This document shows positions 27,092-37,048 of a stretch of DNA of 64,000 nt, in pieces (positions within the stretch are counted from its first letter, which is position 1; every line of letters starts with the position of its first letter). This DNA comes from Vulcanimicrobiota bacterium (GTDB taxonomy: Bacteria > Vulcanimicrobiota > Vulcanimicrobiia > Vulcanimicrobiales > Vulcanimicrobiaceae), in the NCBI GenBank assembly GCA_963782265.1, contig CAWAJD010000009.1:101-64100 (forward strand), given 5' to 3'. The translations under genes and the position numbers were made by a program. The notes beneath the pieces are model-generated. The model saw only the letters and a program-made list of their open reading frames with translations. It was not told where the DNA came from and did no database searches.

Positions 27092-27143
27092 CTGGGTAGC
27101 GGTCCTTCGACTACGGCGCTGCGCACCTACGCTCAGGATGACA
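27092..27143 (-). repeat. Repeat copy 2 (right inverted repeat of the GIY-YIG unit)
   Basis: The reverse complement is tgtcatcctgagcgtaggtgcgcagcgccgtagtcgaaggaccgctacccag. About 46 of 52 aligned positions are identical to copy 1 by hand alignment. Confidence 0.8.
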
Positions 27144-27147
27144 AAGC

Positions 27148-28375
27148 TCACCCCAGAACGGGTAGTATCGGGAACGAGCCGGAGAGGATGGGGACCGACG
27201 GGCGGTTGAGCCAGCGTTCGAGGACGGTGGCGTAGACGTTGCGGAAATCGATCGTGTATTTGACGTTGCCGAACGCTTCTTGGCCGATGACGGGGTTATC
27301 GCCGTAGATGCCGCCTTTGACGCCGCCGCCGATCAGGAAGAGCGGTGAGGCTTCGCCGTGGTCGGTGCCTCGGCTGCCGTTCTCGGCGGCACGCGCGGCC
27401 GAACTCGCTGAAGGTCATCGTGAGCACGCGTTTGTCGTTGCCGTGCGCGGCGAGATCCTCGTAGAACGCCGCGATTGCATCGGAGAATTGCTCGACGAGT
27501 TTGTCGTGCGTGGCCTTCTGGCTGACGTGCGTATCGAACGATCCGTGCTCGACGTAGATCACCTTCGTGCCCAGGTTGCTGCCGACGATCTGCGCTGCGA
27601 GTGCGAGCGAACGGCCCAGCGGCGTGGCCGGATAGGCGGCTTGCGTCTTGTAGCCGGAAATCAGCTTCGGCAGTTCTTCCGAGCCGCGCTGCGCGTGATC
27701 TTCGATCTCCATGACGCGCGCGAGATACGGCGACTTGAACGGGACGGTACGGTCGTGGACCAGCGTGGAGAACGCGTTGCGCGTGCCGTTGTTGCCGTTG
27801 ATGGTCAGGCCGTACGTACCGATGCTCGCGATCGCCGGAACGTCGACGTTCTGCGCCGAGAGCGCCTCCGGAACGAGTTGCGAAAGCGCGACGCCGTTGA
27901 ACAAGTTGTTGGCCGGCAGATTCGCCTCATCGAGATAGCGTCCGATCCAACCGCTGTGCAAGTAGCGATCCGGCGCCGCCGTCTGCCAGATTTCCGTCGA
28001 GCGGAAATGCGAGAGGTCGGGGTTGGGATACCCCACGCCTTGAACGATCGCGACGTCGCCTTTATCGTACAGCGCCTTGAACGACTTCATCGCCGGGTTG
28101 AACCCGAGCTGATCGTCGATCGTCAAAACGCTATTGGGAGGCACGGCGAGATTCGGACGCATCTGATAGTACCGCTGGTTGGCGTGGGGAACGACGGTAT
28201 TCAATCCGTCGTTGCCGCCCTGCAGGTTCACGAGAATCAGCACGCGATCGCCGCCGCCCGGCAATCCCGCGAGCGGCGCTTGCGCCAGCGCTTTGGCAAA
28301 GAGATGCTCGGTATTCGCGACGACCGCAAGTCCGGAGACGCTACCGAGTAAGAAGTTGACACGTTTCATCGACAT
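27148..28375 (-). pseudogene. DUF1501 domain protein, one frame break near 27395
   Basis: The N-terminus ends in ...GGNDGLNTVVPHANQRYYQMRPNLAV...GVGYPNPDLSHFRSTEIW...TMTFSEFGR. In another frame it continues ENGSRGTDHGEASPLFLIGGGVKGGIYGDNP...FPILPVLG, with the stop at 27148. Confidence 0.75.
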
Positions 28376-28381
28376 GATTGT

Positions 28382-29860
28382 TTAACTCAGCTGGAAGGCC
28401 GGTGCGGCCATGGCGAGGTAGGCGGCTCCGCTCACGCGTTCGCCATAGTTTTCGGGGCCGAACGAAGCGAGCGCGGCGCTACCCGCGCCACTAAGCAGTG
28501 CGTCGAGTTTCGCGATCGCGGCCGGCGAAGCGTCGCCTTGCAGAATCGTCTCGATCAGCGTCTGCGCGACGGCCTTTGCCTTCATCGGCATCGTGCCCAG
28601 CCAGGAGGAAGCCGTAAGGCTTTGCGAGTTCACGGATGCCTCGAGGAAATTCTGGCGAGCGATCATCATATCGCTGGTGAGCCAATTCGCGCCGCCGGGC
28701 CAGCCGGCGACGTTGGGCGGGTAGAACAGCATCTGCCCCATTTGCTTCAGTTGACGCAAGATCGTAACGTCGAACTGCGGCAGCCCGAGCGCCTTGTAGG
28801 TACCGACGACGAACTCGACTGGTGATTTCACGAGCGCGCGATACGCTCGATCCGAGTAGAACACGTCGCTGCGAAAGATTGCCGACATCACCGGCGCCAG
28901 CTCGAAGTCGTGCTTGCGCAACAAAGCGGCGACGGCGTCGATCAGTTCCGGTTCGGGATCGTTATACACGAAGTTGCTCAGGAGGCTGCCCGCAAAGAAC
29001 CGGGCGCACTGCGGCTGCGCGAAGATGATGTTAACGATATCGTCGCCGTTGAGGTTGCCGGTCTGCCCGAGGAAGGTCTTCACGCCGTCGTCGTGGAGCC
29101 GCGGATTGAAGCTTGCCAGGCCGGTGAAGCGCGAGTACTGCCAGCCGGTCCAGGCACGCGCCGATTCGCGTACGTCGCTCTCCGAGTAGTGGTCGACTCC
29201 GAGCGTATAGAGTTCCATCAGCTCGCGTGCGAAGTTCTCGTTTGGATGCGACGCGACGTTGGCGGCGTTGTCCAAATAGATCAGCATCGCCGGATCCTGC
29301 GAAACGGCGCGCGTAAGTTCGCGAAGATTCCCGAGAGCGTAATTACGGAAGAGTTGATTCTGCTGATAGGTGAGCGTCGGCGCCACGCCCTTTGCCACGG
29401 ACGCCGTCGTAAAGTGACCGTGGAAGTAGAACGCCATCTTTTCTTGGAGCGGCGCGGGCGTAGCGAGCATGCGATTCAGCCACCACACCTGCATCGACAG
29501 AATCGAAACTTGCGTCTCATCGCGCTGGCTCTGAACGAGGCTGACCTTCGTCGCCTTGTCGAGATTCTGGAACTCTCGCGGCGTGTAACGGCCAAAGATG
29601 GTTACCGGATCGAACACGTTGGACGGCGCCGGCAGCGAAGCGGTGGATGGGAAGCGCACGAGCGATTCGACCGCGGCATCGACCGACATACCGGCATAAC
29701 GTTTGATTTCCGCCGCGGATGCGCCGAAGCCGGCGCGGCGCAGAAGATGCGCGGCGCTGCGCTCGTCGAGCGTTCCGTTATAGCGTGCGAGCGGTGCCGC
29801 AGCAAGACTGCCTTGGGGGCGAAAAATGCCGCCTACGTCTACTTGTGTTTGTGCTGACAT
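28382..29860 (-). CDS. DUF1800 domain protein
   Basis: HPNENFARELMELYTLGVDHYSESDVRESARAWTGW, and the usual pairing with DUF1501. Confidence 0.75.
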   Translation of the reverse strand: MSAQTQVDVGGIFRPQGSLAAAPLARYNGTLDERSAAHLLRRAGFGASAAEIKRYAGMSVDAAVESLVRFPSTASLPAPSNVFDPVTIFGRYTPREFQNLDKATKVSLVQSQRDETQVSILSMQVWWLNRMLATPAPLQEKMAFYFHGHFTTASVAKGVAPTLTYQQNQLFRNYALGNLRELTRAVSQDPAMLIYLDNAANVASHPNENFARELMELYTLGVDHYSESDVRESARAWTGWQYSRFTGLASFNPRLHDDGVKTFLGQTGNLNGDDIVNIIFAQPQCARFFAGSLLSNFVYNDPEPELIDAVAALLRKHDFELAPVMSAIFRSDVFYSDRAYRALVKSPVEFVVGTYKALGLPQFDVTILRQLKQMGQMLFYPPNVAGWPGGANWLTSDMMIARQNFLEASVNSQSLTASSWLGTMPMKAKAVAQTLIETILQGDASPAAIAKLDALLSGAGSAALASFGPENYGERVSGAAYLAMAAPAFQLS

Positions 29861-29992
29861 GGTGTAGTGAGAGTATAACGCGTCGTGCGGCCGGGACGCT
29901 CCCGTCCGGGCCGACTTCTAACCGCCCCCTCATGGCCGCTCGGGGGCGGCCAAGCCTGGGAGCCCGGCGGCAGAGCGCCGAAGGCGCGGGCG

Positions 29993-31577
29993 ATGGCATT
30001 ATTGGAGTCCCGTCTCGAGCGGCATTCGCCGGCCTTCGAGCGCAACGCCGCGCGAATGGAAGGCTTAGTCGCCGGGCTACGCGAGCGTCTCGCGATTGCC
30101 CACGCCGGCGGGGGACCCGAGGCGACCGCCAAACATCGCAAGCGCAATAAGCTGACCGCGCGCGAACGGATCGAACGATTGATCGATCCCGGTTCCGATT
30201 TTCTCGAACTTGCGGCGCTTGCGGCAAACGGCATGTACGGCGACGATTCTCCCAGCGCCGGCATCGTCACGGGGATCGGCATCGTCGAAGGGCAGCTCTG
30301 CACGATCGTCGCCAACGACGCAACCGTCAAGGGCGGCACGTACTACCCGATGACGGTCAAGAAACATCTTCGCGCGCAAGAGATTGCCCAGCAGAACCAT
30401 CTGCCGTGCATTTATTTGGTCGACTCGGGCGGCGCGTTCTTGCCGCTGCAAGCCGACGTGTTCCCCGATCGCGAACACTTCGGCCGCATCTTCTACAATC
30501 AGGCGCGCATGTCGGGCAAGCGCATTCCGCAGATCGCGTCGGTGATGGGATCGTGCACGGCCGGCGGCGCCTACGTTCCCGCGATGAGCGACGAGACCGT
30601 AATCGTGAAAGGTAACGGCACGATTTTTCTGGGCGGACCGCCGCTGGTCAAAGCGGCAACCGGTGAGGAAGTAACCGCCGAGGAACTCGGCGGGGCGGAC
30701 GTGCACACGCGGATCTCGGGCGTCGCCGACCACTTCGCCGAACGACGATCCGCACGCGCTCGCGATGGTGCGCGAAATCGTTCGTAACCTGCACCTGGAA
30801 CACCCGGTTCAATGGGACCGCTCCGAGGCGCAGCCGCCGAAGTACGACCCGCGCGAGATCTACGGCATCATTCCTTCGGACAGCCGCATCGGCTACGACG
30901 TGCGGGAGGTAATCGCGCGGCTCGTCGACGGCTCCGAGTTCCACGAGTTCAAGGCGCGCTACGGCACGACGTTAGTCTGCGGCTTCGCGCATATCGAAGG
31001 TCATCCGGTCGGCATTCTCGCGAACAACGGCATCCTGTTCAGCGAAAGCGCGCTCAAGGGCGCCCACTTCATCGAACTCTGTACGCAGCGCGGAACGCCG
31101 CTGGTATTCTTGCAAAACATTACCGGGTTCATGGTCGGTAAGGAATACGAAAACGGCGGCATCGCTAAAGACGGCGCCAAGCTGGTGATGGCGGTTGCGT
31201 GCGCGGAAGTTCCGAAGTTCACGGTGGTGATCGGCGGAAGCTTCGGCGCCGGCAACTATGGTATGTGCGGCCGCGCATACTCGCCGCGACAGCTCTGGAT
31301 GTGGCCCAACGCGCGCATCAGCGTGATGGGCGGTCCGCAAGCGGCGAGCGTGCTCTCGACGGTTAAGGGCGAGATGACGCCTGAACAGAAGGCCGAGTTC
31401 GAAGCGCCGATTCTCGAGAAGTACGAGCGCGAAGGCAATCCGTACTATTCCACCGCGCGCCTGTGGGACGACGGCATCATCGATCCGCTCGATACCCGCC
31501 GCGTCTTAGCGATCGGCCTCGACGCCGCCGCGCACGCACCCCAGCCGCAAACGCGATTCGGCATCTTTAGGATGTAG
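29993..31577 (+). pseudogene. mccB: Methylcrotonyl-CoA carboxylase carboxyltransferase (beta) subunit, one frame break at about 30741
   Basis: [18 protein letters not shown]...[29 protein letters not shown]...[13 protein letters not shown]...[17 protein letters not shown].. then, after the shift, [13 protein letters not shown]...[19 protein letters not shown]. Confidence 0.85.
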
Positions 31578-31643
31578 CCCCAAACCAAGGGATGGGACCC
31601 TTGCCAGGGAGGACCGATCCGAGGCCGCACTAACGCGTTTATC

Positions 31644-32741
31644 GTGGGTCGGCGATTTAGAGCAGCGATGCTGCCAATAATAATTGCGTGTGCCGGATGC
31701 GGCGGAAGCGTTCCGTCTGCGCCAGTCGTTCACGCGCAGAATGCCTCGAACGCGATTCTCGCCAACGCGCACTCGAAAATACATTTGTACGTCGCGGACT
31801 TCAGCGCCGACGCGATCGACACGTTCGATTTACCGATTATCTCCAACGAGCCGCCGTCGGCCCCGCCGCTCGCTACCAAGCCGGCGGGAGCACATCCAAT
31901 CGCTCTTTCCGTCGACGCGAGCGGCGACGTTTTTTACGCGGCAAACGAATCGGCTTTTCTCAATATCTATATCGGCGAGTGTTCGAACGGCAAGTGTAGG
32001 AAAATCCTCACCAGGGGGTTCCGCGGTTTAAACACCGCGGCTACCGGTATTGCGGTAGACGCGACGGGGTCGTCAGGCTATATCGTCTACGGCACGAACC
32101 CGGGACCGTCTCAATCCGAAGGGGTCATCGAACGATTCAAACGTTCCGGACACACGTGGTCGTTCGGCAGGACGCTTATTGAAGAATCGCAACCGTCCGA
32201 AATCTCGTTGCCCGGTTTCCCGTTCGGGACGCCGTTCACCGGCGGCTCGCTCAACCACAAAGGCGACCTCGCCGTGGCGATGCCTTTCGGCCTTACGGCA
32301 TATTCGCAGCCGCCGGGCCTGGCGGTCTTCGCGCGCGGTTCGGCCAAGCCGTCGTTCTACCCGTACGGCGGCGGTCAAGTCGCGCCCGTCGCGACCGCGT
32401 GGGAGTACGGTTCATCGACGATCTTCTATGGTCTCTACGTGCCGGCCACTTACACTCAGATCGACGGCTACATTAGCTGTACCGTGGGAGCCAGTTGCGC
32501 GCCGCCCAACACCGGCATCCCCGTGATGACGCAAGCTTCGGGAATCGCCGTGGACGCGCAACGTGAGGTCTACATGAGCACCCTCGGCACGCTCGGCTCT
32601 CCTCCGAATCCTTTTCCGCCGGTCCTCGGATCCCAGATTATCTTTGCGGTTCCATTTGCTACCGGCTCGCAAGAAGCCATTCGAAACAACCGAAGGGGTA
32701 AGCCGTTCAAAGCACCTTGGGGCTTGGCACTAGGACCTTAG
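31644..32741 (+). CDS. Hypothetical lipoprotein, beta-rich (possibly propeller-like)
   Basis: Lipobox-like IIACAGCGG. No family recognised. Confidence 0.5.
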   Translation: MGRRFRAAMLPIIIACAGCGGSVPSAPVVHAQNASNAILANAHSKIHLYVADFSADAIDTFDLPIISNEPPSAPPLATKPAGAHPIALSVDASGDVFYAANESAFLNIYIGECSNGKCRKILTRGFRGLNTAATGIAVDATGSSGYIVYGTNPGPSQSEGVIERFKRSGHTWSFGRTLIEESQPSEISLPGFPFGTPFTGGSLNHKGDLAVAMPFGLTAYSQPPGLAVFARGSAKPSFYPYGGGQVAPVATAWEYGSSTIFYGLYVPATYTQIDGYISCTVGASCAPPNTGIPVMTQASGIAVDAQREVYMSTLGTLGSPPNPFPPVLGSQIIFAVPFATGSQEAIRNNRRGKPFKAPWGLALGP

Positions 32742-32746
32742 CCGGC

Positions 32747-33209
32747 CTACGAAGCGTCGCGCGTGCATGCGAGCGTATCGCCGACGACGTAGGTTCCGTT
32801 TTTCAGGATTTTCCACTCGACGGCAAATGCGTTCGAATCCTTTTTCGTATAGACGAACTGCTGCGGCGGGAGGACGGCAGCATCCGTCGCCCACGTCAGG
32901 ACGTCGCCGGACCATCCGGCCGACGTAAACCCGCGGGCGCCGCCGTATGCATCGTACAGCGATGCAACGTACGTGCCGGTCGAATTCTTGAAAACCCCAC
33001 ACTTCGATCGAATGATAGAAGCCCAGTGCCGGCGTGTCGTCGTGATGCACCACGATCGCCGCGCCTTGGAGATCGGATTCGAAGCGGATCGTCGCCGAGA
33101 TCGGCTTGCCGTTCGAAAACGCTCCGCCGCACGTCCATCTTCCGGAGAAGTACGTCGCAACCGGCGCCATTGCAACGGGAACCGGTGGCGGCGTTGCCTG
33201 GACGGGCAT
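32747..33209 (-). pseudogene. Hypothetical protein, one frame break near 32990
   Basis: MPVQATPPP...YFSGRWTCGGAFSNGKPISATIRFESDLQGAAIVVHHDDTPALGFYHSIEVWGF is in one frame. KNSTGTYVASLYDAYGGARGFTSAGWSGDVLTW...EWKILKNGTYV is in another. Confidence 0.5.
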
Positions 33210-33214
33210 TTTGT

Positions 33215-36200
33215 CTACGCGCTTTCGGCGGCGCGAACGATGTCCTCGACGGAGGAGCCGGCGCCGCGATGCGCCTCGGCCGAGAACGCTTCGTCGCCGA
33301 GATTCTTGCGGACGGCTTCGAGCAGATCGCGCAGCATCGCCGCTTCGCGCGCTTGACGTGCGACGCCCGGACCGAACGAAACGTCGGCAAACCCGATCAA
33401 GCGGGCCGCCAGCCGATCGTTGCCGGTGCGGTGGTAAAGCTGCGCCATGTATTCGAGCGCGCCCGCCAGCCCAACCCGATCGCCAAGATCCCGCAGCACG
33501 CCGATACCGCGGCGCAGAGCATTGCGTGCCTCGTCGTACCGGCCGCAGGCCAGCAGATAGTAACCGTGATTGGCCCACTGGCGGCCGCCGCTCCAACTCT
33601 CTTCGCCGCGGTCGAAGAGTTCGACGGCTCGTCGGCTCCGGCGCGCGGCTAACTCCGCGTCGCCTAGCAGGAACGCGATGCCGGCCGAGTTGCCGATGAC
33701 GCGGCCGCATCGGTCGGCGTCGCCGCGCGCTTCCAGCAGCGCCGCGGCGCGTTCGAAACACAGCAGCGCTTCCGCCAGCCGTGAATCGTCCAGCAGCTGC
33801 GCGTAGAACACGCCGAGATTGTTGAGCAACTCCGCAGCGCGCAGCGTGCTGCCCAAGTCGAGCATCGTCTCGATGAAGCGCAGCATCTCAGCTTCGAGCG
33901 AAGGATCCAGGTCGCTGACCGTTTCGAGCTCGGTGGCGACGGTGCAGCGCAGCGCGTCGCCGACGTGGATGTCGTCGCCGAGGGCGCGATACAGATCCAG
34001 CGATCGACGCGCCGCCTCGTGCGCGCGCGTCCGATCCGAGCGGCGAACGAGCGCGGCGAGCGCCAAACACATCGGCGCTTCGACCGATGGGCGCAGCGTT
34101 GTTGCCAGAATCGCCGCGATCCGCCGCACCAGATCGGATGCCTGAACGGCGCCGTGCTCCCACAGCCAGTAGTGCAGTGCCCGACAGATCGTGCCGACGC
34201 TGTCGACGTCGCCCGCGTCGATGGCCAGCGAAAGCGCGGCCCGGAAATTCTGGCCGTCCAGCGAGACGAGGCTGCGCCAATGCGTCACCGGGGTCGCTTC
34301 GAGCGTGCCTTCGAAAACGCAGCGCAAGCGTCGTAAAGAAGCGAACGTGCGCGTACGCAGCTGCGTCGAACTCGCCCGACGCGACGAGCAGTCCCTGTGC
34401 GTAGATGCGCGTGATCTCGAGCATGCGGTAGCGCGGTCCCGATGGCGACGACTCTTCGGAGACGAGCGACTTCGAAACGAGATCGGCAAGCGCTTCGCCG
34501 ACGACGGCCTCGTTGAGCTGTTCTTCGTCACCGCAGACGTGCATCGCGGCTTCGAGCGTGCAGCCGCCCGTGAACACCGCAAGCCGCCGGAACAGTTTGC
34601 GCCCGCTCTCGTCGAGCAGGCGATGGCTCCAATCGAGCAGCGCTTCGAGCGTTTGCTGCCGGCTCGGGCCGCCGCGACTGGACATGCCGAGCACCTGCAG
34701 CCGGTCGTCTAGGCGACGCAGCAGTTCTTCCGGCGACATGCTGCGCAGCTGGGGCGCGGCCAGCTCGATGGCCAGGGGAATCGAATCGAGCTGCTGCACG
34801 ATCGCGGCGATAATCGCGCGCCGTTCGTCGCCGAGCCAGATGCCGCCGGCGCGCGCGCGCTCGGTGAAGAGTTCGACTGCGTCTTCGAGCGCGAGCGAGC
34901 CGAGGCGGTGGGTCGTGCCGCCCTTCACGCGCAGCGGCTCGCGCGAGGTGGCGATAACCCGCACTTTTGGCGCCGACGCCGCCAACAAGCGCGCCAGCTC
35001 GGCAGCTTGCGGGATGACGTGTTCGCAGTTGTCCATCACGATCAGCAGACGCTTGTCGCCCAGCGCTGAAACCAAACTCTCGGCGTCGCGCGCGAGCGGC
35101 GCGACGGTTCGCAGCACTTCGCAAGCAAACGGCATGAAGTCGGCTGGATCGTCGAGCATCGCGAGATCCAAGAACCACGTGCCGTCGACGAAGAAGCCGG
35201 CTAGGCGGCGCGCGATCTCAATCGCGATGCGCGTCTTGCCGACACCGCCGGCGCCGGTGATCGTGACGACCGGCGTGCGCTCGAGCGCGTTGCTCAACCG
35301 CGTTACCTCTTCGTGGTGGCCGACGAACCGCGTCGCGCGCGAGGGGATGTTGCCGAGCAGCGAGCGCACGTCGCCGTTTTCCGGCGCGAGCGTGTGCGCG
35401 CCGACGACGCGATTTCGTCCGTCGGCCTTCGCGGCGTACAATGCGGCGTCCGCCGATCCGACGAGCTCGCCGGAGTCGCTCGTATCCTTGGGAACGCAAT
35501 GCGCAACGCCGGCGCTGATCGAGACGCGCCCGATCGACGTACCGCCGTGCGCGATCGCCAGCCGTTCGATCGTGCCGCGCATCGATTCGGCCACGATCAA
35601 GCCGCCTTCCAACCCGGTCTCCGGAAGGAGCGCCACGAACTCTTCACCGCCGTAGCGTCCGAAGAAATCCCCGGGCCGGCGCAAACATGCCGACGCAGCC
35701 GCCGCGATCGAACGCAGACACTGATCGCCGGCGCGATGTCCGTACGAGTCGTTGTAGAGCTTGAATTGATCGATGTCGATCATCACGAGGGTGAGCGAAC
35801 TGCCGTTACGCCGCGCGCGCGACCACTCGCGCGAGAGCGCCAGATCGAACGCGCGGCGATTCGATACCGTCGTGAGTGCGTCGGTGAGCGCGAGCCGCTC
35901 GAGCTGCTCCGTGCGCACGCGGCTCTGCTCGTCGTGCAGGCGCGCGCCGAGATAGACCGCGCAGGTTTCGAGCAGCGATACGTCGTCCGCATCGAGCGGC
36001 CGCGGCGCGCTAACCGAGAGATCGCCGAGTATGAGTCCGGAAAACGCCACCGGCACGCGCGTCGACGGTACGTTCGGGAGCGGCTCGCCGTATTCGTACG
36101 TCCGCGGCTCGCCGCTTTCGACGGTATAACCGATGCGTACGCCGGCCTCGAACGTCTCGGCCAGCAGCGCGCAGAGCTCGTGCAGCACTTCCGTCAAAGC

Positions 36201-36266
36201 CTGCTCGCCCGAAAGCAGCATTGCAATTCGGCGAAGGAGTTCGCGTGCGGCGCGCAGGCGATCCAT
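33215..36266 (-). pseudogene. Multidomain signalling protein: GAF-like N-terminus, GGDEF diguanylate cyclase, STAND/NB-ARC-type P-loop NTPase and TPR-like C-terminus. It is split by one indel in an A4/T4 run at 34314-34317.
   Basis: The I-site RPGD lies 5 residues before the active-site GGEEF. Walker A is TGAGGVGKT and Walker B is LLIVMDNCEH. The C-terminal 450 aa are helical repeats in the neighbouring frame, and removing one T restores ...TLALRFEGTLEATP.... Confidence 0.75.
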
Positions 36267-36267
36267 A

Positions 36268-36981
36268 CTACGGCGGGGGCAGCTTCCCCGGAAAAAGTTC
36301 GTACCGGTTCGGCGTTTCGACCCACTTGCCGTTGACGTATTGCAGCGTCGCGGTGGCCTTCACGATGGTCGGGCAGCACATCGCCGCGTTCGGGCCGTAG
36401 TACGGTCCCGCGAGCGTCAAGCTGCGGCCGGCCTTCGAATTCACCGGCGACGCAGTCAGCTCGCAACCGTTCCGCACAGAAACGGCGGGCACGACTTTGC
36501 CCGTCGTGTTGGTGGTGAATACGGCAACGACGGCGCCGCCGCAATCCGCCGCCATTTCGTGCGACTCTACGACGAGATTGTCTTTGCCTTCCATCATCAA
36601 CGCGATCGGCGGGTCGATTTTTCCGGTTTGGATCGGAAACCACATCGGCGCGCCGTTGGCTTTCGTCACGGTCGAGAAGGGGCCGCCGTCGCGCGGGGAC
36701 TGGTACTGCAGCTTGTACGTCGTTCCATCGATCGCATAGACCGATAAGTACCACTGATAGAAGACGTCGTGACCCGACGAACCGACGCGCTTTTTGCTTA
36801 AGACGGCGCGCCACTGACTGTGCATTGCGTCACCGGCGAGATATAAGAGCTGATTCTGCTGGATCGTCCCCGGTGCCGCGACGTCGAACGTATAGTGCGG
36901 CGGCTCCTCCGCGAGCGCGCGAGCGCTCAACGCCGCCGCAGCAAGCATAGCGGTAGCCAGCGCTAGGCGCAGGTAGTGCAT
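36268..36981 (-). CDS. Secreted hypothetical protein; its stop lies one nucleotide (36267) upstream of the GGDEF-STAND start codon
   Basis: GGAGG lies 5 nt before ATG 36981. Signal peptide MHYLRLALATAMLAAAALSARALA. No family recognised. Confidence 0.55.
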   Translation of the reverse strand: MHYLRLALATAMLAAAALSARALAEEPPHYTFDVAAPGTIQQNQLLYLAGDAMHSQWRAVLSKKRVGSSGHDVFYQWYLSVYAIDGTTYKLQYQSPRDGGPFSTVTKANGAPMWFPIQTGKIDPPIALMMEGKDNLVVESHEMAADCGGAVVAVFTTNTTGKVVPAVSVRNGCELTASPVNSKAGRSLTLAGPYYGPNAAMCCPTIVKATATLQYVNGKWVETPNRYELFPGKLPPP

Positions 36982-37048
36982 TGGTTCCTCCATAGGCGGG
37001 ATCCCAGCCACGGTTACTTGCTATTCGACGAGGACGCCCCCTGCAGGC

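Larger units (their letters stand above)
26710..27143 (-). mobile_element. Candidate compact mobile/selfish unit: a GIY-YIG gene bracketed by imperfect inverted repeats of about 51 bp
   Basis: See the repeat features at 26710-26760 and 27092-27143. The unit sits between padR and the DUF1501 stop. I found no target-site duplication. Confidence 0.4.

Noticed and set aside
29922-29949. 8-bp GC hairpin (CCGCCCCC ... GGGGGCGG) as a terminator
   Set aside because: It lies between two divergent gene starts (DUF1800 and mccB), so there is no transcript to terminate. It has no U-tract. At most it is a 5' UTR structure.
32717-33761. Long overlapping ORFs on both strands (311 aa plus, 343 aa minus)
   Set aside because: The coding-like segments are explained by the frame-broken gene at 32747-33209 and the C-terminus of the GGDEF-STAND gene. 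The remainder is Arg-rich shadow sequence.
33215-36266. Calling the GGDEF-STAND protein an antiphage (Avs-like) defence system
   Set aside because: I found no neighbouring defence genes, mobile-element context or nuclease/toxin effector. The domain order equally fits ordinary STAND-type signal transduction. It stays in the findings as an architecture, not as a defence call.
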